Shown one piece after another: positions 27,930 through 38,303 of a stretch of 43,110 nucleotides of DNA. A program made the translations under genes and the position numbers. The notes below the pieces were generated by a model. It was given only the letters and a program-made list of their open reading frames with translations. It did not search any database and was not told the DNA's origin. The DNA lies in contig JNEM01009081.1 of the NCBI GenBank assembly GCA_000697335.1, positions 1 to 43,110 of the forward strand, written 5' to 3'. Within the stretch, counting starts at the first letter, position 1. Each line of letters opens with the position of its first letter. The stretch comes from Conidiobolus incongruus B7586 (Eukaryota).

Positions 27930-29460
27930 TTGGAATTAATATATAATCTAATTAACTAATTTTCAATTGGGATATGCAATCGATGCAAATATAAAAATTA
28001 GATGTGGCAAGCTGATGTTAAATTGTTCACTCTGCTAAAAAGCTTATATTAGTTGTATTTAAGATAATCATATTGAGAAAAATTATTTGATTTAATTAAA
28101 AACATTTTATATAATTACATTAAGGCCTAGTTTTAGAGTTTGATTAAGTTAAAATATTATTCAAAGCTACTATTTATAACTTTTATTGTAAAATCTGTGT
28201 ATATTTTGATTATATATATTTTTTTCACTAATTACTATCTAATTAAGTATAAAAAGGGCAATAAATCAAGATATACAAATAATATTTACTAATCAGTGTC
28301 TTACCAATAATTATAAAGTTGTATCCCGATACAATATCATCAATAAATTGATTAAAGCTCAACATAGTTTCGTAATAAAGACAATTCAACCCAATTTGAG
28401 CAGGGAATTAATATTTAACAATGATATATTGAACAAAACTGAGCACATATAATGTAGCATATCTTGCAATACAATATGACATTTCTTCTTTTAGGATAAA
28501 ATTATCTGTTTGTATTTCAAGAATTAAAACCATTTAATCCTGCTCTGAAACCTAAAATTTATACTAAATATACGAATTCTGACTTATTCGCTAAGATGAC
28601 CCAATAGGTTGTATACCAATTTCTCAGTATTGAACTTTCTAACGTCACTTAATTTATCAAATCATTAGAGTATTTCAAATCAAAGCAACACCTACTTAAA
28701 CCCAGACTCAAAAATCTAGGTGATTTAATTATTGGTTAACGTGTAGTCAAGAGATTTGGCAATGTGAAAGAATGTATTGCACTATCAAATTATATAACAA
28801 GGATGGCATTTTGTTACGATTTCATATTGACGATGTTTATTTCAAAGGGCATCTCTAATATAAAACATCCTTTAAGTTGAGATGCCGTTACTCATTGCAA
28901 TTTTATTCTCTAATTACTCCCAAGCTGACAAATTTGCTTACCGAAGTTTGCATTCCAATTAGATTGTCACTATAGATGGCGAATCTCCAATCAAATGTGC
29001 TATTGCAGCAATTACGAAGATGATTCTAACATCCCCCTCACCAAACTTAAGACCAAACAACCTTAGTATGTAATTATGGCTTCACGTAGGATAATAATCC
29101 TATAATGAATTCTCGCGACAGTCCTTACTACTTGGTATATCCTCGAGTTAGCACAAAGCCCATTCATCTACTCTCTCGCACTCAGATCATTTTTAATTTC
29201 CTTTTGAAAGATTGTTCATACTACCTCGAATTAATCTGGTGCTATTATGATTAACAAATAATCAGAACCAAATCAGCTGAATTATTGAAAAGCTATTGTA
29301 CGTGTTAAAGGAGGGCACAGTTCCTTCATCTGATCCTATCAACTCTTTATACTTGTAATGGTTTCTATGTTCCCGAGAGTGTTCAACCTAGCCTGATTAA
29401 TGTTTCGACTACTCATATCAATACGAAAAATAAAAAAGTAGATTAGTTGATAAATTTTCT
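27930..29460 (+). pseudogene. Zn2Cys6 TF pseudogene, tandem paralogue of 21508-23126
   Basis: Frameshifted cluster CNRCKYKN/RCGKLMLNCSLC*KAYISC from 27975. Colinear nucleotide similarity along the gene, e.g. TATTTCAAATCAAAGCAACAC vs TATTTCAAACTAAAGCAACAC, TCATATTGACGAT, TATCCTCGAGT, ACTCATATCA..AAAGTA. Many stops (F*DKIICLYFKN*, TQ*V, LS*DA) and a probable intron relic at ~28199-28247. Confidence 0.9.
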
Positions 29461-30568
29461 AAATCAGAGCTTTCTTTACGATGTTAGAAGAACTGAAATA
29501 AACATAAATGTAAAATTAAATTTAATTTAATATTAGATAAAACTTATCATATTCCTACCTTATTCAATATTTCATCGTTTTGTAAAATTATTTCATTAAT
29601 ATTGGATTCTTTTTTCAAATCTCAATATTTGTAAAATATAATGTTTAATAACTTATAAATATTCTACATTGGCATTATAATATTTATTTCTAATTAGAGT
29701 TAATGTGTTTAATATTAAAAATATAATAATTAAAATATATGAGTTAATAGAGTAAATGTTTTACCAAATAATGTAGAATATTCTATATTTAATTATTTGA
29801 TAAGGTAAAAAATGTAGATAAAAAATTTGAGAACAGAGTCGATATATATGAATCTGTTTAGTGAAGTATAAAAGATATATAATGTAACAATTGATTATAA
29901 TTGATAAATCTTAATTTTATTCAAAGTATGCTTGCAAGATTGCAATCCAAAATTTTTTGATTTTATTGAAAGTGATTAAATTATAAAAATTGATCATACT
30001 TGTCAAATCAATTGATTTTTTATATTTAAAAAAGATAGTATGGTGGAAATATATATTAATAATTAGATTGAATAACTTAATTTTTGAATATCCGAAATCA
30101 TTTTTAAAGTTTATATTGATTAAAATAATTATATTGGAAAAATTTTGTCATATCATTATTTTTGAAATTTTTAAATTGAAAATCGTACAAATTTATTAGA
30201 ATATCTATAATTATGGAATTCTAATTAACCACAATATACTTTAATTCAGTTTAATAAAATTTATTTAAAATTAAAAATTCGAAAATTAGAAATCTCAATT
30301 AATAAATAACGAAGATAACTATAATGATAAGTAGCTGAGAAAATGATGACCGTTGCGGTATATAATAAGATTTTTCAATAAAGATGGTTGATAGTAAATT
30401 ATTTTAATAGTTAATTCAGTGAATGCTATAATCTATCAAATTGTATTGACTTAACTATCCAATTGAGATCCACATTTAATTTTGAAATGCAACAATGGCG
30501 ATTGTGATTTTATTTTGGCGAAAATAAATATTTTCACTCGTAAAGATAAAATTAAAATATTTACTAAT

Positions 30569-32029
30569 TTACAAAGTGAATTGAAAAGTCCTCATATCAA
30601 ATTCTTCACCTTTATAAGTTTGAGATTGAGAATTATCACTCATTGGCAAATTTCTCAATTTTTGATTTTCTCTCTTTAACAATTGCCTATTGATTAAAGC
30701 GAATACAATACTAATAAATATAAGGCAAAAGTTTGTTATATGACTGTTGATATAATATGGAGCTTCATAATTACGATATAACTGACCACTGATCAATCCC
30801 CCAACGTTCCCAAAACTAACAACCATCGCAACAGCAACTCCAGATTTTGTGCTTCCTACCATATTATTGCTGACCCATGCCAAACATATTGGCACTGCAG
30901 TAGTTGTTCCCATAACTATTAGGAATGCGCAACAATAGAGAGCTGTTTGATTTCTTAAAAATATCATCAAAAGAAATCCTAGACTTGCTATTAATAGTGG
31001 AACAATGTAATGAAAACAACGCTCTCTTGTTTTATCAGAGTGCAGAGTAACTAATATCGTGCTAATAAATGCTAAACCAAATGGGGGTGCAAGAAGTAGC
31101 ATAGTAGTGATCGCTGAGAATCCCATTCCTTTGATAATTGTTGGAAGTAGGGTAGAGATAGCGGATAAAGCAATATGGAAACCAAAATAAATGATCATAA
31201 ACATCCATACTTTGTAATCCATTTTCGCTTCCTTGAATCCTTTCAGTGAGAACTCTTTTGTCGATGAATTTGTATGATCTTGTAATAACATTTCATCGAT
31301 GATCTTCTTTTCTTCATCGTTTAGAAACTTTGCATCTTTTGGGAAGGAGGGAAAGAAAATCCAGGCAATAATACCCAAAATTACTGAAGGAAGCCCTTCG
31401 ATCAAGAAAATCCATCTCCATGCAGCTAACCCACCTACCCCATCCAATCCGCTGATTACATATCCTAAAATTCCACTGAATGCGCCAGCGAGGGCGGATG
31501 AAGAATAAAACAAACCAATACGTGCTCCCAGCTGATCCCTCCTATACCAAAAAGAAAGTATATATACAAGACCAGGAGCTAGTCCAGCTTCGGCCATACC
31601 GAGAAAGAATCTACCAGCCATTAAGCCGCCAAAATTGGTGACAGCAGCCAGACACATACTAATAATACCCCATGTGATCATAATACGAGCCATCCAAACT
31701 CTTGGAGTAAACATCTTAATACAAATATTCCCAGGAATCTCGAACAGAATATAGCCCACAAAGAAGATGGATAGTGCCCAACTGAATTCTGCCTGTGACA
31801 GATTCAAGTCGCGCTCCAGATGGTATAATCTTGCAGCTCCGATATTCACCCTATCCAAATAGCAAAATAGATAAATGGCGGTAACAAAAGGGATCAATCT
31901 TATATCAATCTTGGTAATTATTTTTTTTAATTGATTGTTGTGATCGCTCAACACTCTTCTCTTCTTATGATTATTACATTCCATAATCGTCACGCAATCA
32001 ACATTTTTAGACTTTATGTTACTCTCCAT
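30569..32029 (-). CDS. MFS transporter, anion:cation symporter (Dal5/Tna1 allantoate/nicotinate permease-like) family, 486 aa
   Basis: Family motifs KIDIRLIP, YLDRVNIGAARL, FFVGYILFEIP, RFFLGMAEAG, WYRRDQLGARIG, WRWIFLIEGLP, PKDAKFLNDEEK, SDKTRER, NNMVGSTK, GNVGG. The substrate cannot be assigned. Confidence 0.93.
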   Translation of the reverse strand: MESNIKSKNVDCVTIMECNNHKKRRVLSDHNNQLKKIITKIDIRLIPFVTAIYLFCYLDRVNIGAARLYHLERDLNLSQAEFSWALSIFFVGYILFEIPGNICIKMFTPRVWMARIMITWGIISMCLAAVTNFGGLMAGRFFLGMAEAGLAPGLVYILSFWYRRDQLGARIGLFYSSSALAGAFSGILGYVISGLDGVGGLAAWRWIFLIEGLPSVILGIIAWIFFPSFPKDAKFLNDEEKKIIDEMLLQDHTNSSTKEFSLKGFKEAKMDYKVWMFMIIYFGFHIALSAISTLLPTIIKGMGFSAITTMLLLAPPFGLAFISTILVTLHSDKTRERCFHYIVPLLIASLGFLLMIFLRNQTALYCCAFLIVMGTTTAVPICLAWVSNNMVGSTKSGVAVAMVVSFGNVGGLISGQLYRNYEAPYYINSHITNFCLIFISIVFALINRQLLKRENQKLRNLPMSDNSQSQTYKGEEFDMRTFQFTL

Positions 32030-32914
32030 TTTGCAAAAATGAATTAATATTTTAGTGTGTTTAAATGCAATCTTATGGTTTAAATATTGGTAAATATCGA
32101 ATGATTATTTATGAAACAAATTAGATTGATTTAATTTTAATCAGGTGTATTTAACAAGTATTAATCTATTTAAGTATTTTAATACAAAAAGTTCCAATTT
32201 GAATTTTTAAATTTTTATTTAATATGACTATTTTATATATTATAAATTGTATTTTTTTTAAAATATTTGATTAATTGCTAAAATAGTGTTTCAAATAATA
32301 TTAATATATGAATCAAAGTAAAATAATGAAATTTATATAATCAACTTAATTATCATACAACTTAGTTGTATTTTTCAACTCATTCACATTTTTCTCACCT
32401 CTTCAAAATTTTAATTTGAATTATTAATGTAATAAATTCCTGATTAAACTCTCGCACAATTTTAACCCAATTTAGGTGATTAAACTCAAATATTTTCATT
32501 AATACTGCATAAATAAATTAAAAATATAGTTGATAGTTTTATTAGTATAAACTTCATTATAATTTTCTAAAATATTTTACATATTAATTTAAATCATTTT
32601 TTTTAATTTTTATTATTAATTTAATATATTTTTATTGATAATTTTTACCATTAACCCAACTAGTGGAAAAGGATAGTATATATCATTTAAAGAAATATTG
32701 ATTTAATAACATAATTACCCAATATCAAAAAACCCAATTGAATTTGAAGGATCAATGTTATTTGAAATTAGTTTATATTAATGATAAAGTATTTTATTTC
32801 AAATAATAATAATAATAATTTGATAAAGATAAACAAATATTAATTTTTTTATTAATAGATTGAAAACAATATAAAAAACAGTTGAATTTAGGAAAAATAT
32901 GATTGTGTTGTAAG

Positions 32915-33334
32915 TGTGATGTTTATTAGGAATTCAATCTATATCATTACTACCTCATTAAGGTTCACAATTTGATATCACCACTTATCTCCTACTTTTC
33001 ATATCATGAACTACTTGGAGTTTGTCATGTGCTTGGTGTTTGAATCTAAACCTTGAATTTCATTTTTTATATACAGTTATTACACCTAATCAACATCCTT
33101 CATTCTATAGATTGTGATTGATCATTTATATCAGTTTCAACTTTGAGGAATCAATTTACTCTATAAACGTGGTTTTATTAGCATTGATCTCAATAGTAAT
33201 CATCAAACTATCCACATCTCTCTTAATAATTACCAAATTCATACTTCTCATTTAGTTTGAATTAAGTGTCCTAACTTTAGTCACATCTATTAGTCTTATC
33301 AAACAATTTCTCCCACCATCTTAATATCTCATCA
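32915..33334. mobile_element. Solo LTR-like element (~420 bp)
   Basis: TGTGATG...CATCA termini (TGATG/CATCA inverted), with TAAG directly on both sides (32911-32914, 33335-33338). GC elevated relative to flanks. Confidence 0.6.
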
Positions 33335-34674
33335 TAAGAATCAATTCTTAAAACAGGGGAATAATTTAATGAAAAAATTAATGAAAGTTTTATTAAAAAA
33401 ATTAAAAATATTATTTAAAATATTATATTTTATAATTTAAGTTGTATTGATTATATAAATAATATTAAAAATTAGAAAGTAATTAATATTATTATTTAAA
33501 TTTAATTTTTAATCAAAATTATCATAATAATAATTTTACAGAAATCCCATAATTTTAATTCAATTTTTGATTTTCAATTCTACGTAGTTAATCAATATAA
33601 ATTTCAGTGACTTTTATATTACAACTAATAATAACATGTAGATTGGTATCACTCATGAGTAATCCCTAAATATCTAAAAGAATTTAGATCAAGTAACTAT
33701 TATTAATATATATTATCTAATTGCTAATTGAGTTTAGCTGAAGGCTTCTATATGGCTAACTATCGGCAAACTCTTCGAAGAAGGTAATTCTATTTTATAT
33801 CCTAGTCTTTGACACCGTCGATAAATAGGTAAACGTAACAATTTTACTACCGCCACCAATATCAAAACTATATTGAGTCAGTTGGTATTAAATCAATTTG
33901 GTAACCTTTATAAAGCGATACCGGTACTAATATGATACCAATTTTGGTGTGAATAGAAACATCAATTAAAAATATTGAAATATTGGTTTTAAAAGGGTTG
34001 ATTTAGACATGCTAAGAGGTTGAGTGTTAATAATAAAGATATTAAAGTACAATTAGAATAATAATCATTGTAGAATTGTTTTTAACTGTTCAATTGTTTA
34101 GCTAACCTTGAGACATGATCCAAATTTACTAATTCATCATAAATTTAATGTATTACTTTGTAATTTAAATAATGGGAATTTTTTGCAATTGAAAAAAAAT
34201 AAACAATTTAATATATAATATGTAAAAATAAATATATATTATAAAATTAATATTCTCTTTTAATGTTAATAACTTTATTCTATACTCTTAGCAAAAATCT
34301 AACACTTAAAAAATAGTTTTTTATTAAAGATTAAAATTTAATATTTTACAAACTAATTAAATTTTCCTGTAGAATTTTTTTTCTTATAAGCTAGCTTTTT
34401 AATTATTTAAAACAATTATAATTATATAAGTTATAATCTAAAAAATATATTAGATGTGGTAGTTTTTTCTAGTTATTTTTAATTAAAAAGTTTTTTTACA
34501 AATTTAAATTTATATATTTTATAATTATCATATAAAATAATAAATTTTCTTAAATTATATTAAAAATACTAATTAAAAATAGTTTTATTTAAAAAAAATA
34601 TAAAGTTTATTATTAATTAATTTTCTTTTAAAAATTAAATAAAAATAACATATGCTATTAAAGTTTATTACAAC

Positions 34675-35490
34675 TATAAGAATAATAGTAAAAAGTTATT
34701 AATGTAATATAGAGGAAAACTTAATATAAAAGTAATATATATCAAGTGTTAACACTAACAACAATAGGTTTTATAAGCTTAAATAGGGAATCACTAGTGG
34801 TAAACAATAAATTACCATGTAATTAAGGGAAATTATTAGGGTTCACTAAAGTAGGTGAAAATAACTTGTTATAAATTAGGTTCTTTGAATAAAATAAATA
34901 TCTTACACTTGTCACAACTCAAAACTTTTGTGAAAGTTATAAGAAAAACTTAAAGACAGTATACTTTTAAAAATGAAGATAGAAGATATGTTTATTAGTT
35001 TGCTTATGATAATCTTATATTAGGTTCCATTGTTGATTTTTATGGACATAAATGATTTATGGGTGGAAAGTAATAGGATCAACTAGTTTATAGGATGTGA
35101 TATCTCTAATATGACTTTGCAAATCCTACAGTAATTAGAGTTTCTTGAGTAATTAACAAGATTATTCTCCATCATATAATATAAAATATAATAATATAAT
35201 ATAAGATATAATATGAATATATAAACAAAGTTTAATTAAACTTTAAATTAAGATAAGTTACTAATATATTAAAATTTATATTAGGTAGTGTTAATATACT
35301 ATAATATTAATAAAATATAGTTTTAATTTTAAAAGTAATATAAAAAATAAGAAATAATAAAAATTAAAAAGAAAAAAACTTAAATTTTTAAATATTTTAA
35401 TATTATTTATATAATTAATTTAGTTATAAAAGTATAAATTATATAAAAATATATATAAGAAATTAAAGAATTAATTTTTTAAAAATAACA
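34675..35490 (+). mobile_element. Family B LTR copy 2, hypermutated toward A/T and split by a nested family A insertion
   Basis: TATAAGAATAATAGTAA aligns to TGTAAGAGTAGCGGTAA (15752). 35262-35361 aligns without gaps to 15901-16000. Confidence 0.75.
34740..35174 (+). mobile_element. Family A LTR, diverged copy nested in family B LTR
   Basis: Colinear with 19931-20374 (CTAGTGGT.AACAAT, GGAAATTA.TAGG.TTCAC, AAAACTTAAAGA, ATTGTTGA.TTT, TCTAATATGACT, TATTC.CCATCA). Flanked by TATA/TATA, a low-complexity candidate TSD. Confidence 0.8.
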
Positions 35491-36356
35491 ATTAATATTC
35501 ACTTATTAATAAAATATTTATTTAAAAGAATTTATAAAGAAGATTAATTTAATTTAATTTAACATTTTAATTTATGTTTTAATAAAAAATTTGTAAAAAA
35601 ATTTAAGATTTATTAATTATAATAATTTATTAGAAAAGCTTTAATTTTTAATTATAACTGAATAAATTTTATTTAATAATAACTACTCTAACTTTTTTGT
35701 TTTAGTTAAAATATAAGGTATTTATTTTATATTTTTATTAATTAATTTTAATTTAAACTTTAATATCTATAAAATACTTATATAACTAATATTAAAATAT
35801 CTTGATAATTTTTTAATTAAAATAAAAAAGTGTTTTTTTAATATATTTTTTTATTTTATTAATAATTAAAAAAATAATAGTTAAAATTAATCTTTTCAAT
35901 TTTAATAGGTTTTAAGTAATTTTTTTTAACTTTAAAGTAATTTACTTAAAAATATATTATTAATTTAAATAATACTTTATTACTAAAAGCTACTTGTAAA
36001 TTTTAAATGATTTTAAAAGGTTTATAGTTAAGTTTTACTAATACTAAAATAAAAAACTTTTAATAGCTATTATTTAATTTAAGCATAATTCAATTAAACA
36101 ACTAATTTTAAAAAATGATTATATATATTATTAAAAACTATTTATTTTCTTATTTGTTTTATATATTTTTTTTATTTGAAACTAATAATATGTTTGAAAA
36201 ATCAAAAATTAAAAAATTTCCCATTTCTTTATTTCTATAGTAATAATACACACAATTCAGATTAATCTACACTAATTACAGAAGAACCAAATTGAAAACT
36301 ATATTACCAATTTACAAAAATCTGAACCCAAAAAATAAACTTAATATATACAATAT

Positions 36357-38303
36357 TTATTTTTTGCCAATTGCTCCACTGTATATCATTCTCAATGGAA
36401 CAGATGCATTCCTTGCTAATGTAGACTTGCTTTCATAAGACTCTAAAATTTGCATGAGTTGGTTCAAGTGGTCTTTGCTTGAATTATGGTTGTTGGGATT
36501 CAGTTTCATGCTGTAGATGAATTGAGTCCCAATGACCATGCAACACCACCACTTGTAGTCAGAGCCTATTAGCATGTAGTTGAGCTTATGCATTTTAGTA
36601 ATGAAGTTAAGTCCCAGTATGTTGAGGGTGGTGCACCTGTCAATCGACAGCCATTCCAAATACTCGTGGAGATAGATTGTGTCTTTGCCGTCTTGATTTC
36701 TTTGAGTGGGTTCCAGCTCACTGTTTTGCACCACTTTCGACTTATTAATCTCTATCAACAATGTGATATAAAACAAGGTTATATTCAAATTATAGTAATT
36801 AGAATCCTCCAATTGGAATAACACATTTCGCCGATGATTAATGATTTTTGAAGGAATCTCCAAATAATTTTGAATGGCTCTTAACTCCAAAGCTTCCAGA
36901 GCATCTAAAAACCCTCGACTCAACTTCTTGGAATCTGGCATCGATTGCGATTGTGCACCCCTGCGTATGTCGTGACGGTCCAGCAATTTGTCCAGAGCGT
37001 TTACGAGATGGAAGTATTTGGCAGCTTCGTTGGAATGTGTTAATGCCATTTCCATCTCCTCCTGAGTCAGAAAACCATCCACTTGCAAATCGCGTAAGTT
37101 CATAGTAATGGGTCTCGCATGGTACATAGAATTGGACGTGGACAATCCCATAATATGTAGAAATGCATGCGCGTGCATTTCGCCAATTCTCCAGGCTAAT
37201 TTACGATGTTCGGAATCTCCTGTCCTCAAAGGTTTCCCAATCCCTAAACTTACGCCGATCATATCCGCAAGATTAGTTAAACGTAGGCGTTTATCTTTAT
37301 ATTGACCTATTTTCACTTCGTAATCCACTAGTACGTAAAGTGCTTCAAACAGGGTCAAGCTGGGTTTATTGTAACACCGTTTCAGATAAAATAATGCCAA
37401 TTCGTAATACTTGGCGCCCAGTTGGCTTGGTGTTGGTACTTCTAGAGGAGGGTTTGGCAACGTACACGTCAATGCACAAATTCCAAACAAAAGAGTTAAA
37501 AAATCAGCATCATTGCAATGATTTAGAAATTTATGAAAAAAATTTTTGTGGTAGATGATATAGTGGTAGATGTTCATATTTTGAAAGAAGTACATGATTA
37601 AATAGCATACGTTGGTACTGATGTGATGATCGATGGATTGTAGCATTGGGCTCATATTTTGCTCTCTGTCTAGCAATGGTGCTAGTGTTGCATATGATTT
37701 TAACAGACTGGGATGGTGGAAGGTTCCAAATATGCTACTGGAACTCAGTTCAGATATTAGAAAAAAAGCACTTGGAGAATAGTTTTTCATGTTCGTGAAT
37801 GGTTTGAAATGAGGATGAAATTTAGGAGATCCACTCTCAAAAAAATCGAATTCACTGGGTTCTGGGGACAGTTCCAAATTTACCGTATCCCTCGTCTTCA
37901 CCAAACTTATCTGATTGCTGATATTCGTTCTACTGCTCATGACTGCAGATTTCTTCATCTTCGGCGTCTTAGGGTTACACTTAACTACACCATCGTTACA
38001 AGGAGAGTAATTAATAATCGTCAATTTATTCACCTGTTGCTTGTTCACTGCACTCTGTAAAGGTCGCTCCAATTTAAATCGAGCCAATCTCACTCCATTC
38101 AGTCTTCTCGACCTTGTGAACTCCTGAATATGCAGTGGTAGTGGTAAGTTCATGAACAGATAGTAGGTACACGGCGTATTGTCATTAGTACATCTGGAGC
38201 ATGAGGGATCTTGCCGATCGCATTTCAACTTTCTCAACCTACAAATATCGCAAGCTCCCCTCTGACTGCTATGTAGCGGAGGCTGAGATTTTTTAGGAGG
38301 CAT
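36357..38303 (-). CDS. Zn(II)2Cys6 transcription factor with fungal-specific TF middle domain, ~648 aa, single ORF
   Basis: ACDICRLRKLKCDRQDPSCSRCTNDNTPCTY cluster and middle region YFFQNMNIYHYII...LLFGICAL...PSLTLFEALYVL...SLGI...EHRKLAW. ATG at 38303 (MPPKK) is preferred over the GTG at 38318. Confidence 0.92.
   Translation of the reverse strand: MPPKKSQPPLHSSQRGACDICRLRKLKCDRQDPSCSRCTNDNTPCTYYLFMNLPLPLHIQEFTRSRRLNGVRLARFKLERPLQSAVNKQQVNKLTIINYSPCNDGVVKCNPKTPKMKKSAVMSSRTNISNQISLVKTRDTVNLELSPEPSEFDFFESGSPKFHPHFKPFTNMKNYSPSAFFLISELSSSSIFGTFHHPSLLKSYATLAPLLDREQNMSPMLQSIDHHISTNVCYLIMYFFQNMNIYHYIIYHKNFFHKFLNHCNDADFLTLLFGICALTCTLPNPPLEVPTPSQLGAKYYELALFYLKRCYNKPSLTLFEALYVLVDYEVKIGQYKDKRLRLTNLADMIGVSLGIGKPLRTGDSEHRKLAWRIGEMHAHAFLHIMGLSTSNSMYHARPITMNLRDLQVDGFLTQEEMEMALTHSNEAAKYFHLVNALDKLLDRHDIRRGAQSQSMPDSKKLSRGFLDALEALELRAIQNYLEIPSKIINHRRNVLFQLEDSNYYNLNITLFYITLLIEINKSKVVQNSELEPTQRNQDGKDTIYLHEYLEWLSIDRCTTLNILGLNFITKMHKLNYMLIGSDYKWWCCMVIGTQFIYSMKLNPNNHNSSKDHLNQLMQILESYESKSTLARNASVPLRMIYSGAIGKK

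Noticed and set aside
36588..38060. Five plus-strand ORFs inside the 36-38 kb TF; likewise 4430-4621, 22470-22787, 30482-30679 and 31299-31508
   Set aside because: Shadow ORFs of real genes.
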